Assembly: GCA_043721685.1 (NCBI GenBank)
Contig: JAYSQG010000007.1
Location: forward strand, 1-63,263
Direction of reading: 5' to 3'
DNA from: Saprospiraceae bacterium
Lineage (GTDB): Bacteria; Bacteroidota; Bacteroidia; Chitinophagales; Saprospiraceae
Length of the DNA: 63,263 nucleotides
Shown: piece after piece, positions 17,089 to 27,240 of the stretch
Layout: each line of letters opens with the position of its first letter
How positions within the stretch are numbered: position 1 is the stretch's first letter
Made by a program: the position numbers and the translations under genes
Notes under the pieces: model-generated
Told to the model about the DNA's origin: nothing
Database searches by the model: none
The model's input: the letters and a program-made list of their open reading frames with translations, nothing else

Positions 17089-18369
17089 TCAATGAAACTG
17101 TGCTGTTTCAGTCGAATCAGCCATCGCAACCGTTGAAGATCGTCCTTGTTGAACCGTATTTTGAACAAAATCAAAATACTGCGTACCGACAAATGATTGA
17201 TGCTTAATAGCTGTAAAACCTTTCGCTTGCAACGCAAACTCACGTTGTTGCAACTCTGAAAAACCTGCCATTCCGCGTTCTTTGTAAGCCAAAGACAACT
17301 CAAACATAGATGTATTCAAGGCATGGAAACCAGCCAATGTGATGAATTGGAATTTATAACCCATCTCTGCAATGCGATCTCGAAATGATTCCATCTCATT
17401 GATATTCATATACTTAGACCAATTGAACGACGGTGAACAGTTGTATGCCAACATTTTGTTTGGGTGGTGACGATGAACCTCTTGTGCAAATTCACGTGCC
17501 ATGCCCAAGTCTGGATTCGACGTTTCCATCCATACCAAATCGGCATAAGGCGCGTAAGCAATGCCGCGAGCGATACAGGCTTCGAGACCATTTTGTGTAT
17601 AGTAAAAACCTTCATTTGTCCGTTCACCTGTCAGAAAACGTTGGTCACGGTCATCAATATCGCTGGTAATCAAATTCGCAGCTTCTGCGTCGGTGCGAGC
17701 AATGATAAGGGTTGAAACGCCCATCGCATCGGCTGCCAAACGTGCAGCAACGAGTTTGCCAATCGCTTCTTGCGTCGGCACAAGCACTTTGCCGCCCAAA
17801 TGACCACATTTTTTAGCACTTGAGAATTGGTCTTCAAAGTGAACACCTGCCGCACCCGCTTCAATCATGTCCCGCATCAATTCATAAGCATTCAAATTGC
17901 CGCCAAAACCCGCTTCTGCATCGGCAATAATCGGTGCAAACCAATCAATATTGCCTTCGCCCGAAACGCTTTGGATTTGGTCACGACGCATAAAAGCATT
18001 GTTGATACGCCGAACAACCATCGGAACAGAGTTCGCGGGGTACAAAGATTGGTCTGGGTACATCTGACCCGAAAGGTTCGCATCAGCCGCCACTTGCCAG
18101 CCGCTTAGGTAAATCGCTTCCAAACCCGCTTGAATTTCTTGAATCGCCTGGTTACCTGTGAGTGCGCCCAGTGCGCCAACATACGGTTGGTTGTGGAGTT
18201 TTTGCCACAGTTTTTCAGCACCACGACGGGCAACGGTGTACTCAATGTCGAGGCTGCCACGTAGTTTTACGACTTCTTCCGCCGAGTAAGCACGTGTGAT
18301 GTTGCGCCAGCGTGGGTTTGTTGACCAATCGTGTTCAACTTGTTCAATTCTACTTTTTGTCGTTGTCAT
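17089..18369 (-). CDS. aceA: isocitrate lyase
   Basis: 426 aa with the KKCGHLGGK catalytic signature and conserved flanking blocks. Confidence 0.95.
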   Translation of the reverse strand: MTTTKSRIEQVEHDWSTNPRWRNITRAYSAEEVVKLRGSLDIEYTVARRGAEKLWQKLHNQPYVGALGALTGNQAIQEIQAGLEAIYLSGWQVAADANLSGQMYPDQSLYPANSVPMVVRRINNAFMRRDQIQSVSGEGNIDWFAPIIADAEAGFGGNLNAYELMRDMIEAGAAGVHFEDQFSSAKKCGHLGGKVLVPTQEAIGKLVAARLAADAMGVSTLIIARTDAEAANLITSDIDDRDQRFLTGERTNEGFYYTQNGLEACIARGIAYAPYADLVWMETSNPDLGMAREFAQEVHRHHPNKMLAYNCSPSFNWSKYMNINEMESFRDRIAEMGYKFQFITLAGFHALNTSMFELSLAYKERGMAGFSELQQREFALQAKGFTAIKHQSFVGTQYFDFVQNTVQQGRSSTVAMADSTETAQFH

Positions 18370-18455
18370 AATTATTAGGTTTTATTTTGGTTAGGACCAA
18401 AAAAGTGTTGTTAAAAATTTAAGTATTAATGTGAAAGTTTATTTATAAAATATAG

Positions 18456-20082
18456 TTAATCAATCATTTCGTAAGCAGGCAGTGTCAAAAAATCAATAAA
18501 GTCTTCGCTGCGTACCAAGTCATCAAAAAGGGCAACAGCTTGTTCAAATTTGCCGTTTTTATAAGGGGCTTCGCCAACATAAGTCTTGATTTTTTCTAAT
18601 TCTTCTGGCAAAAATTGACGATATAAAGCAAGTGTCACCGTCCGTCCATCGTCGAGCTTCGACTTATTTTTAATCCATTGCCACACCTGCGTCCTTGAAA
18701 TTTCAGCCGTAGCTGCGTCTTCCATAAGGTTATAGATAGCTGCCGCACCATTGCCCCGCAACCACGACTCGATATACAAAATACCGACATTGATATTGTG
18801 GCGCAGCCCCCCCTCAGTAATTGAGTCTTTGGGCGCAGCTAAAAGATCGGCGGCAGTGCAAGTAAAATCGTCTCGTTGCCTTGAAATTTGATTGGGCGCA
18901 GGCATTTTTTCATTAAAAATGTCCATTGCCAAAGAAACCAAGCCAGGGTGAGCGACCCAAGTGCCATCGTGCCCAATCGTCACTTCGCGCAATTTGTCTT
19001 GACGCACCTTTTCCATTGCTGCCTCATTTGCTGCCTCATCAGATTTTATGGGAATGAAAGCCGCCATGCCGCCAATTGCAGGCGCATTGCGTTTATGACA
19101 CGTTTTGACGACGAGTTGTGCATAATTTGACATAAAAGGCGAAGCCATCGTCACTTTTGAACGGTCGGGCAAAACGTAATCCGCTCCGAGATTGCGTAGC
19201 TTTTTTATATAACTGAAAATATAATCCCAACGTCCACAATTTAAGCCTGCTGAATGGTCTTTAAGCTCGTACAAAATTTCATCGAGTTCAAAGGTAGCGA
19301 GTATCGTTTCAATCAAAACCGTTGCTTTTATGGTTTTTGTCGGGATACCCACATACCGTTGTGCAAAAACAAAAACATCGTTCCACAACCGGGCTTCCAA
19401 GTGACTTTCTATTTTTGGTAAATAAAAATAAGGTGCTGTGCCATTGTCTATCAATTGTTTATAATTATGGAAAAAATATAAACCAAAATCACACAACGCC
19501 CCACTCATATCCTCACCATGAACGGCTATTTGTTTTTCATTCAAATGCCAACCACGAGGACGTACCAAAAGCGTGGCTATTGAGGGGTTGAGTTTATATA
19601 CTTTTCCCTGCTTATTTTGGAACGTAATGGTGCGGTTAATGGCATCGCGGAGGTTGATATGCCCTTGTATATTGTTGTCCCAAGATGGCCGTATTGGAGT
19701 CTTCAAAATCTGCCATAAACATTTTTGCACTGGAATTCAAGGCATTTATGACCATTTTGCGCTCAACAGGTCCCGTAATTTCAACACGACGGTCTTGCAA
19801 GTCTTTCGGCAGTGGTGCAATTTCCCAACGAGTGTCACGTATATATTTTGTTTCTCTTGAAAAATCAGGCAATTCACCATTATCAATACGAGTTTGACGT
19901 TCAACACGCGCTTTCAAAAGCGACAATCGGCGTGAATTGAAACGGATATGCAATTCGCGTAAAAATTCCAAAGCTTCAGGTGTGGGTATTTCAGCATACC
20001 CCTCAGTAAAATCGCCTGTTATGCGCATATTAAGCGGTGTTCTAAAATCGGTTTCTTTTCTATTTTCAGTTAATGTCAGCAT
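18456..20082 (-). pseudogene. aceB: malate synthase A interrupted by a single-base frameshift
   Basis: Two overlapping ORFs lie in different frames (19636..20082 and 18456..19730). The conserved block FMADFEDSNT|PSWDNNIQGHINLRDA is split between the frames at 19689-19690. Confidence 0.85.
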
Positions 20083-20154
20083 GATGTAAAAATTAAATTT
20101 ATAAATGATGGTTTTATTTTGGCATCAAAAAATCGTTTCTGATTGTTGATAGAA

Positions 20155-20162
20155 CAAAGGTA
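20155..20162 (-). promoter_or_regulatory. candidate -7 box TACCTTTG (reverse strand) upstream of aceB-aceA
   Basis: The plus strand reads caaaggta, 73 nt upstream of the aceB ATG. Confidence 0.4.
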
Positions 20163-20499
20163 GCTGATTATTCGTAACTAGCGAATTTATCGCTAAAATA
20201 TATTTATCCGCAAATTTTAAATTATACCCATTTCAAATAGGATATTTAATTTTAAAAAGTTGATTATCAAGTATTTAAAATGGTCTTTATTATGATTTTC
20301 AAAGCAAAATAATACGCAAAAAATTAAAATAAATTTTCAAAAAGACTGATTTTTTTGAAAAAATGAATAAACCCAATCACCTTTAAGACGTAAACAGCAT
20401 CGTTGACATTCGTAGATTCTGTTAAAACTTGTTGCCTATTTATCCAAAAATATACCCTCCTTTGTGCTTCTTTTCAGTAGCTTCGAAATCAATCAATAT

Positions 20500-21408
20500 A
20501 TGAAATCACCTTCACGCAGCCGCTTTCTATTGGGCGTTGGCATCCTCGTTTTAGCCAATGTTGGGTTTTCCTCAAAAGCTGTTATCATCAAATTGATGTA
20601 CCGCTATCAGGTGGACACGATGTCCGTCATCGCTTTGCGGATGCTTATTTCGTTGCCATTTTATATTGTTATTGCCTTGTGGCTCAATCGGAGAGAGCGC
20701 AATGTGCGGTTGACTTTGCGCGAATGGTTAGTTGTGAGTGGCTTAGGCATTTTGAGTTATTATGTATCGAGTATGCTTGATTTTTTAGGATTACAATACG
20801 TCACGGCTGGCGTTGAACGCTTGACGTTGTATTTATATCCAACAATCGTCTTAATCATATCGGCTGTTTTTCTAAAAAAGAAAATTACCCCCCCTCAGTA
20901 TATCGCCCTCGGTTTGACGTATTTGGGTGTCATATTGGCCTTTGTAGCAGAAAATGGCGTTGGTCAGCAACAAAACGTATGGTTAGGTGGCGCATTGGTT
21001 TTTTCAGCAGCGTGTACCTATTCCGTTTATGTCGTTTTGACAGGCGAATATGTGCATAAAATCGGCTCTGCAAAATTCACTTGTTATGCCATGATGGCAG
21101 CAACAATTCCCGCCCTCATTCAATCCATAGTCCACAATCAAATGGATATCTTTAACTACCCAACGCCTGTTTATAGCCTTGCAATGTGGATGGTTTTGAT
21201 AGCTACGGTGATCCCTACTTTCCTCATTGTTGAAGGTATTCGCCTTGTCGGAGCGAACAATTCGGGTATCATTGGGGCTGTCGGACCTGTTTCAATGATA
21301 GTTTTGGCTAATGTATATTTAGATGAAAAAGTAACGGTTATGCAATTAATCGGCACAGCGATTGTCTTGGCAGGTGTCTTTTTGATTACTTGGAAAGGGA
21401 AGGGTTGA
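20500..21408 (+). CDS. EamA/DMT family transporter
   Basis: Start moved to ATG 20500 (MKSPSRS...), because the track ORF starts at GTG 20464. The protein has about ten TM helices in two EamA-like halves. Confidence 0.8.
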   Translation: MKSPSRSRFLLGVGILVLANVGFSSKAVIIKLMYRYQVDTMSVIALRMLISLPFYIVIALWLNRRERNVRLTLREWLVVSGLGILSYYVSSMLDFLGLQYVTAGVERLTLYLYPTIVLIISAVFLKKKITPPQYIALGLTYLGVILAFVAENGVGQQQNVWLGGALVFSAACTYSVYVVLTGEYVHKIGSAKFTCYAMMAATIPALIQSIVHNQMDIFNYPTPVYSLAMWMVLIATVIPTFLIVEGIRLVGANNSGIIGAVGPVSMIVLANVYLDEKVTVMQLIGTAIVLAGVFLITWKGKG

Positions 21409-21471
21409 ATTGTTATATTGTTATATTGTTATATTGTTATATCATATAACAATATAACAACACAGCAATTC
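21409..21471. repeat. word-repeat hairpin: (ATTGTTAT) x4 followed by two inverted units
   Basis: It fills the whole spacer between convergent stop codons. 21425-21440 pairs with 21446-21461, and the outer gaattg/caattc also pairs. Confidence 0.85.
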
Positions 21472-21473
21472 AT

Positions 21474-21671
21474 TCAATTTTTAACCATACGTTTATACAA
21501 CAAATCAAAAGTCGTTACCCATGTTTTTTCATCATCAATGGATTGTTCACCTAATTGACGCACTTCATTATCGCCTATTTTGAAAAAAGTCATGCGCGCA
21601 ACTGCCGTTTTGCCATTAGCTGTTTTGAAAGGTCGCGTTCGCTCGAAACGGAAAACAAATTTCTTTCTCAA
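21474..21671 (-). pseudogene. probable C-terminal part of the upstream TPR-like gene, displaced by a frameshift
   Basis: This ORF has only a TTG start and overlaps the end of 21616..22143 in another frame. Removing one A from the AAA at 21660-21662 joins ...NGFWIEKE to FVFRFERT.... Confidence 0.4.
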
Positions 21672-22143
21672 TCCAAAACCCGTTTATGTATTCTGTCAAT
21701 TGACCTGAATCATCTACCCACGTTTGTTGCCAATCCGTGAAATCGGGGTCTGTTTCAAGGGTTTTGTACTGCGAATAACCCGTTTTTGCTAAGGTTTTGA
21801 GCCAATACAGTGCACTGTCCCGTTGTTGCGTTTTAGAAAAAGCTGCCGCAATATTGTACATTGCTGTCGTATTTGTCGGCACAATTTCAAGGGTTCGACG
21901 GTAGTTAACAATGCTTTTAGTATAGTCATTGAGTTGATGATAAGCATAAGCCGCTCGAAAAAACGTGATGCCTACTGAGGGGTTCGGATACGCTACGTTA
22001 ATAGCATCAAAAGCTGTCGCTGCCGCTTTCCAATCTTTTGCATTGAAAAGTGAATCGGCTGTCGCCCTCAAAGCGGTTTGAGCGTTTGTTGCATAAACAC
22101 AGAGCATTAAAATGGTTGAAATGATTGCAAGGCTTTTTTTCAT
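21616..22143 (-). CDS. secreted TPR-like repeat protein, possibly truncated by a frameshift
   Basis: 175 aa with a signal peptide and TPR-like helices (AYAYHQLNDYTKSIVNYRRTLEI...). Confidence 0.6.
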   Translation of the reverse strand: MKKSLAIISTILMLCVYATNAQTALRATADSLFNAKDWKAAATAFDAINVAYPNPSVGITFFRAAYAYHQLNDYTKSIVNYRRTLEIVPTNTTAMYNIAAAFSKTQQRDSALYWLKTLAKTGYSQYKTLETDPDFTDWQQTWVDDSGQLTEYINGFWIEKEICFPFRANATFQNS

Positions 22144-22300
22144 GATTTGTAAAACAGTTTAAATGTGAAAAGTAAATTTGACAAAATTTTGTATGAAATT
22201 CAGCATGTCTTACTTCAAAACGTTTAATTCGACGAAAATTCACCATCTTTTCCTACATTTAGGATTACAATTTCAGATTCTCCTTCTACAAAAAAACAAT

Positions 22301-23272
22301 ATGCAAAACTTCATACGCCGTTGGCGCGCCACTTGGCAGCCCGATATGTATCATGGTTGGGGTCGTTCTCGAAGCTATTTCGAGGGTTGGTATTTCAAAA
22401 TTGTGGACATTACTGAGGGGTCTGCCTTTGCCTTCATTCCAGGCATTTCGATGGGTCAAAAAGGTGAGCAACATGCTTTCATACAAGTCCTCGATGGTAA
22501 GCGGTGTACAGCAGAATACATCCGTTTTGATGTTGAAGCGTTTAAACCTTCTGAGGAAAACTTTGATGTGCAACTGGCTGGTAATCAATTTTCTACACAA
22601 AAAATGACCCTTCATTTACCTAATATCAAAGGTCAATTGACTTTTGAAAACACCACGCCTTGGCCCAAAATGTTAGGCGCTCCGGGCATCATGGGTTGGT
22701 ATTCCTTTGTGCCGTTTATGGAGTGTTATCATGGTATCGTTAGCCTCAACCATACCATAACAGGCAGTTTGAATATCAATGGGCAAGACGTGGATTTCAC
22801 AGGCGGCAAGGGTTATATCGAAAAAGATTGGGGCGAGTCATTCCCGCGTGGTTGGATTTGGTTGCAAACCAATCATTTTGAAGAAGAAAATATATCCTTG
22901 ATTGCATCGGTAGCGTACATTCCTTTTTTGGGCAGTCATTTTATTGGCTACATAGTTGGCTTTTGGTTTCGAGGCAAACTGTATCGTTTTGCAACTTACA
23001 CAGGTGCAAAAATGACAGCACAAATCGTTGATAATCAAATCTTTCTAAGTTTTAAAGACGGCAAAAATCAATTGGATTTGACGGCTACAAAAGCGGGTAC
23101 AGGCAGCCTCATTGCACCGCTACATGGCGACATGACGGGAAAAGTTAATGAAAGCCTACAAGCAGTTATTGATGTTAAATTTTACGAAAAAGGGAAATTG
23201 ATTTTTGAAGGAAAGGGGCGGAACGCAGGTCTTGAAGCAGCCGGAGAAGTAGATGTATTGCTAACAACATAA
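22301..23272 (+). CDS. tocopherol cyclase-like family protein
   Basis: Start set at MQNFIRRW. The motif HGWGRSRSYFEGWYFK and the later GYIEKDWG block resemble the bacterial tocopherol-cyclase-like family. Confidence 0.6.
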   Translation: MQNFIRRWRATWQPDMYHGWGRSRSYFEGWYFKIVDITEGSAFAFIPGISMGQKGEQHAFIQVLDGKRCTAEYIRFDVEAFKPSEENFDVQLAGNQFSTQKMTLHLPNIKGQLTFENTTPWPKMLGAPGIMGWYSFVPFMECYHGIVSLNHTITGSLNINGQDVDFTGGKGYIEKDWGESFPRGWIWLQTNHFEEENISLIASVAYIPFLGSHFIGYIVGFWFRGKLYRFATYTGAKMTAQIVDNQIFLSFKDGKNQLDLTATKAGTGSLIAPLHGDMTGKVNESLQAVIDVKFYEKGKLIFEGKGRNAGLEAAGEVDVLLTT

Positions 23273-23275
23273 ACA

Positions 23276-24061
23276 TCAAAGTACCGTACCCAAAACATGC
23301 ATTTTGTCCAAAGTCGGTGTCAAGCTACCGCCTTCTGGTTCTTCGGTCACGGCAAATGCTTCAGCATTTTCAAATGCCTGCATCTTTTGTACGGCAGTCA
23401 TATCATAAGTGAAAACACCTGCACTCACAGGTTTTTTATCCACGATAGCCCATAATTGATATTGTTTACCAGGATTTGGTTGCTTCAAGATTTGAATCGA
23501 AAGCAAAGTCGCTTTTTCTTTTGCATTCCAATAAACCAATACTTTGGCATCGGGATCAATCTCTAAGCCTTTCATGTCAATGACTTTCGTGTCTGGACTG
23601 CGCAAGATATTGAGTTTATGTTCTAACTGAACGATAACTTTCTGATTTTCAACGAGTTTGGTGTTCTCTGCCGTACAGTCAGTCAATTCTTTTTTATGAT
23701 TCATGTTTTGAAAAAACAAAACAATCGCAATGACCGAAGCCGCCGCTGCTAACCCTGTTATCCAACGCGTTCTGATACTGAGGGGGCGCGTTTGAGGTTC
23801 TTCAACTGTCTTTTGGCTTTGAGGAGACGACGCATTTTCCGCATTTATTTTTTCTAAAACCCTATCTTTCAATTCAGGATTAGGTGTTACGGCATGAGCT
23901 TGTGCATAAAGTTGAAGAACATCCTGAACATTGTCGATTTCCACGAGAATTTCAGAATGCTCAACGGCAAGTTTTTCCACTTCTGCCGCTTCATCTTCGG
24001 GCAAGGCGTTCATCACATAAAGTTCGATGATGCCAGATTCGATGATTTCCTGAATATTCAT
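23276..24061 (-). CDS. anti-sigma factor (RskA-like, single TM)
   Basis: 261 aa with an N-terminal helical anti-sigma domain, one TM helix and a C-terminal RskA-like block (YQLWAI ... FAVTEEPEGG). It lies directly downstream of the ECF sigma gene. Confidence 0.75.
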   Translation of the reverse strand: MNIQEIIESGIIELYVMNALPEDEAAEVEKLAVEHSEILVEIDNVQDVLQLYAQAHAVTPNPELKDRVLEKINAENASSPQSQKTVEEPQTRPLSIRTRWITGLAAAASVIAIVLFFQNMNHKKELTDCTAENTKLVENQKVIVQLEHKLNILRSPDTKVIDMKGLEIDPDAKVLVYWNAKEKATLLSIQILKQPNPGKQYQLWAIVDKKPVSAGVFTYDMTAVQKMQAFENAEAFAVTEEPEGGSLTPTLDKMHVLGTVL

Positions 24062-24073
24062 TTTTATATATAA

Positions 24074-24616
24074 TTAAAAAAAATCTCTTAAACGTGTAAT
24101 AGCTGTTCTAATCCGTGTTTTGACCGTGCCAAGCGGGATGTTAAGAGCTTCCGCAGCTTCCGATTGCGTGTAACCTTGAAAATAAATTAAGTCAACTAAG
24201 TCTTTATACTCGGGGGACAGCTTTTCAGTCAGTTGCCGCATATCAATCGTTTCTGGATTGATTGCCGTGCTGCGCTGCGTATCAATTGTATTTACGACAT
24301 TTTCAAGCGGCTGGTTTTGGCGTTTGAAATCTTTCTGTCGCGTCGCATCAATCGCTGAATTGCGGGCAATATTAATCAGCCACGTAAAAAGTCGTCCTTT
24401 TGATGTGTCATAGTTCTCAATATTTCGCCAAACTTTTGTGAAAGTATCTTGTAAAACCTCCTCTGCAATTTCTTGGGAACGGACAATGCGTAGGATAGTA
24501 CCAAACAATGCACCAGAATATTTATCATACAACAAAGACATCCCACTCGTCTCTCGGAGAAGAAGAAGTTCTATAATTTGCTCGTCGGCGGAGCGAGGTG
24601 TTGCGGATTTATTCAC
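24074..24616 (-). CDS. ECF (sigma-70 family) RNA polymerase sigma factor
   Basis: 180 aa with region 2 (FTKVWRN ... FTWLINIARN) and region 4 (YFQGYTQSEAAEALNIPLGTVKTR). The start codon appears to be GTG. Confidence 0.9.
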   Translation of the reverse strand: MNKSATPRSADEQIIELLLLRETSGMSLLYDKYSGALFGTILRIVRSQEIAEEVLQDTFTKVWRNIENYDTSKGRLFTWLINIARNSAIDATRQKDFKRQNQPLENVVNTIDTQRSTAINPETIDMRQLTEKLSPEYKDLVDLIYFQGYTQSEAAEALNIPLGTVKTRIRTAITRLRDFF

Positions 24617-24851
24617 GTTGCGTTTTTAATTATTGGCAGCAAAGAAACGTTTTTTTTTTTCATTCACCCAAATTTTTGGGCAAGCAGTTTTATGTTATGC
24701 CTTTTTTTTGTCTTGATGAGGCTTAGAAAAAGCCTATTTCTGAGATTAAACCGTTGATTTTACTTGTTAAATAGTCCGTTTAACTTTTTTAGTTTATATA
24801 GTGTTAAAGCCTAACAATCTTTTGTATCTAAGTGTTGTCATTTTTTGAAAT

Positions 24852-26426
24852 TTAAAATTTATACGTCAAAAACTCAAAACTGGCTCTTTGTGGCAAAAGA
24901 CTTACGGCTTCTGCATTTTCAGCCATGATGTAATATTCCAATGCCGTTTTTTTATCCATAACGACTGCAAATATGCCGTCACCTGCTGCTTCGTCGTTGT
25001 GTTTGCCATCGTCATACATCGGCAAATAGTTGAAAGGTTGATTGGCATCGTTGCGAACGCAACAGAAAGCACGTGCGGCGTTTGAAATTTTAACTTTTAT
25101 GGTCAATTTGTCTTCTGATACTGAGGGGGTCGGTGTGTTTTCAATTTTAGGCGGCACACGTAAAATGAGTGTATGATTTTTCAAAAACGCAACTCTTTTA
25201 ACCATCAATTCCTCAATACCTACTATTTTTGAATCGCCTGAACCAACTGATTGTGTGAAGTTTTTCTTAAACTCATCGTAACTGTAATGTTTGTTTCTAT
25301 CGTTATTGACTTGACTGTCAATAATTTGCATCAATTCTTTGGCACGTTGTGCATATTTACCATTGACAAACCAATCGTCGAGGATGGTACGGAAATGAGC
25401 GAGATAAATTTTTCGATACGTCTCATTTTTTAAAATTTGAGAGATTAAAGGACGCTTCGGATTGTCTATATCTTTTAAGGGTTGATAGGTCTGCATCTGT
25501 TCAATACTGAGGGGTAGTACAGCCGACGATTCAGACATAAAGCCGCCAAAAGACAGGTTTAAATCCCAAATAATCGGCGTAAATCGCCCATCAGGAGTGC
25601 GGCAGAGGTAGTAATTATGCGACAAAAGCCCATTGTAACTGTCCAAATTGCCCATGATATTGTTCAATGCCAACATCCAAAGCGTTTGGTCAACATTTAA
25701 AACACGTTCCAATTTTTCAGGTTCTTGGTTCAATATTTTGACAAAATCAATGAATTCACGCCACGAACCGTCTTTATCCATATCGTAAATAGACTCATAA
25801 CACGTTGAATCCTCGCCGACATACATGAGCGATGCCTTGTCTCCTTTTGGGCATTTTGTCGGAATTTCAATTGTCCATTCAGGGTCACATTTGACGAGAT
25901 ATCCCTTAGTATTCATCCTGTTTTCAACAAAATTGTCATCAATTGACTCCACATTGGAGTAAAAACCTTGTAATTTGTCATTGACATACACACGAGCAAA
26001 ATTGGCTTTTGGCGCGGGCATATACGTACCAATGATTTCATAACTCAATGCTTCGCGAATAAAACTGGCATCTTTACTGACGTTTGAGAGCTTCAGAGTC
26101 TGGTATTTGCCTTCCAATAATTGACTTTTATGCAATTTGATATTAAAAGGCAGTTTCTTAACACCCCGTTTTCGAGTGCCAAAATATGACGAATTGCCTT
26201 TGTAACGTATCCCTGCGTTTTCAAATTTTTGCCCTTCAATCATGACCGTACCTGTCAACCGCGCATCGCTGTTTGCCCGTTTGGTAGAATCGAGGAACTT
26301 ATCCCATTCGTCCGTTGGAAAGGTCATTCGAATCTCTCGGATACCTGTTGGATTATAAAAACTTTGGGAAAAAATTTGTGTGTAAACAGTTGATAAGCAA
26401 ACAATTATAAGGATTTTTATGTGCAT
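24852..26426 (-). CDS. CotH family (atypical protein kinase-like) secreted protein
   Basis: 524 aa with a signal peptide. The blocks HNYYLCRTPDGRFTPIIWDLNLSFGGF and KLSN...D.SFIRE are typical CotH. Confidence 0.8.
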   Translation of the reverse strand: MHIKILIIVCLSTVYTQIFSQSFYNPTGIREIRMTFPTDEWDKFLDSTKRANSDARLTGTVMIEGQKFENAGIRYKGNSSYFGTRKRGVKKLPFNIKLHKSQLLEGKYQTLKLSNVSKDASFIREALSYEIIGTYMPAPKANFARVYVNDKLQGFYSNVESIDDNFVENRMNTKGYLVKCDPEWTIEIPTKCPKGDKASLMYVGEDSTCYESIYDMDKDGSWREFIDFVKILNQEPEKLERVLNVDQTLWMLALNNIMGNLDSYNGLLSHNYYLCRTPDGRFTPIIWDLNLSFGGFMSESSAVLPLSIEQMQTYQPLKDIDNPKRPLISQILKNETYRKIYLAHFRTILDDWFVNGKYAQRAKELMQIIDSQVNNDRNKHYSYDEFKKNFTQSVGSGDSKIVGIEELMVKRVAFLKNHTLILRVPPKIENTPTPSVSEDKLTIKVKISNAARAFCCVRNDANQPFNYLPMYDDGKHNDEAAGDGIFAVVMDKKTALEYYIMAENAEAVSLLPQRASFEFLTYKF

Positions 26427-26470
26427 TAGACCCCTCAGTATTTTGGTTAAAAATAGGAAAATTAGCTCTG

Positions 26471-26896
26471 TTATATGAAGCCTTGTTTTTCGAAATAAAC
26501 TTTTAATTCGTCAAAAGTTAAAATAGAAAACGGTGGAAAAAGGTTAGCTATTTTCCGAAGTTTGGTAATATGATGGTCATCAGAGACTAAAAAATCAACG
26601 TTAGAAGAAATAGCGCAGTCAACAAATTTGTTGTCATCAGGGTCATCTTCTACAAGTTGCCAACGATAAGCTGGTTCATGTTTTTCATGATTTGTAGAGG
26701 TCAATAAAATATTAAGCACTAAATCAGCGGCTTTTTGACTATATTCAAAAGCTATCATTTCTTCATATTCAGTCAAAATTTCATTGCTAAAAACCCAAAC
26801 AAATTTTTTACTAATGAAAGCATCGTATAACCAACGCCTTGACGAACCGTTAGGAATTGAACTTAGTAAACCATTGGTATCAATAACCAACTTCAT
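26471..26896 (-). CDS. PIN-domain toxin (putative)
   Basis: 141 aa. It has MKLVIDTNGL (the first acidic residue), later DDNKFVDCA, and FLVSDD. Confidence 0.75.
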   Translation of the reverse strand: MKLVIDTNGLLSSIPNGSSRRWLYDAFISKKFVWVFSNEILTEYEEMIAFEYSQKAADLVLNILLTSTNHEKHEPAYRWQLVEDDPDDNKFVDCAISSNVDFLVSDDHHITKLRKIANLFPPFSILTFDELKVYFEKQGFI

Positions 26897-27144
26897 GATT
26901 GATTGCGAATTTGACGAAGTTTATCAGTGCGGTTTTCAAAATTGCCCAAATTATCAATATCTTGAAAAGTCATTTTCTTTTCAGCGATGACCTTATCGAG
27001 TTCCTTTTGCAGTTTTTGATTGTAATAGGCAACTAAAAAATCACGTAGTTCAGTCACTTCCGCCTCTTCGATAGGACGGTCAAATAAACGCAACAATACT
27101 AATTGCGCTTCATTGAGTTTTTTTGGAACAACGATATTTTCCAT
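26893..27144 (-). CDS. putative cognate antitoxin
   Basis: An 83-aa acidic helical protein. Its stop overlaps the PIN gene start by 4 nt (ATGA). No family recognised. Confidence 0.5.
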   Translation of the reverse strand: MENIVVPKKLNEAQLVLLRLFDRPIEEAEVTELRDFLVAYYNQKLQKELDKVIAEKKMTFQDIDNLGNFENRTDKLRQIRNQS

Positions 27145-27240
27145 GAAAATAGATTTTAATTGTTATTTCTTATAAAGATAAGGTTTTTGAACTTTAAGAA
27201 CAAAAATAACGACTTTTTTAACTTTTTGAAGCCTTAAAAG

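Noticed and set aside
20083-20499. The 417-bp AT-rich divergent region between aceB and the EamA gene might hold a regulator-binding array.
   Set aside because: I found only a -7 box candidate. No convincing repeated operator or palindrome could be identified by eye.
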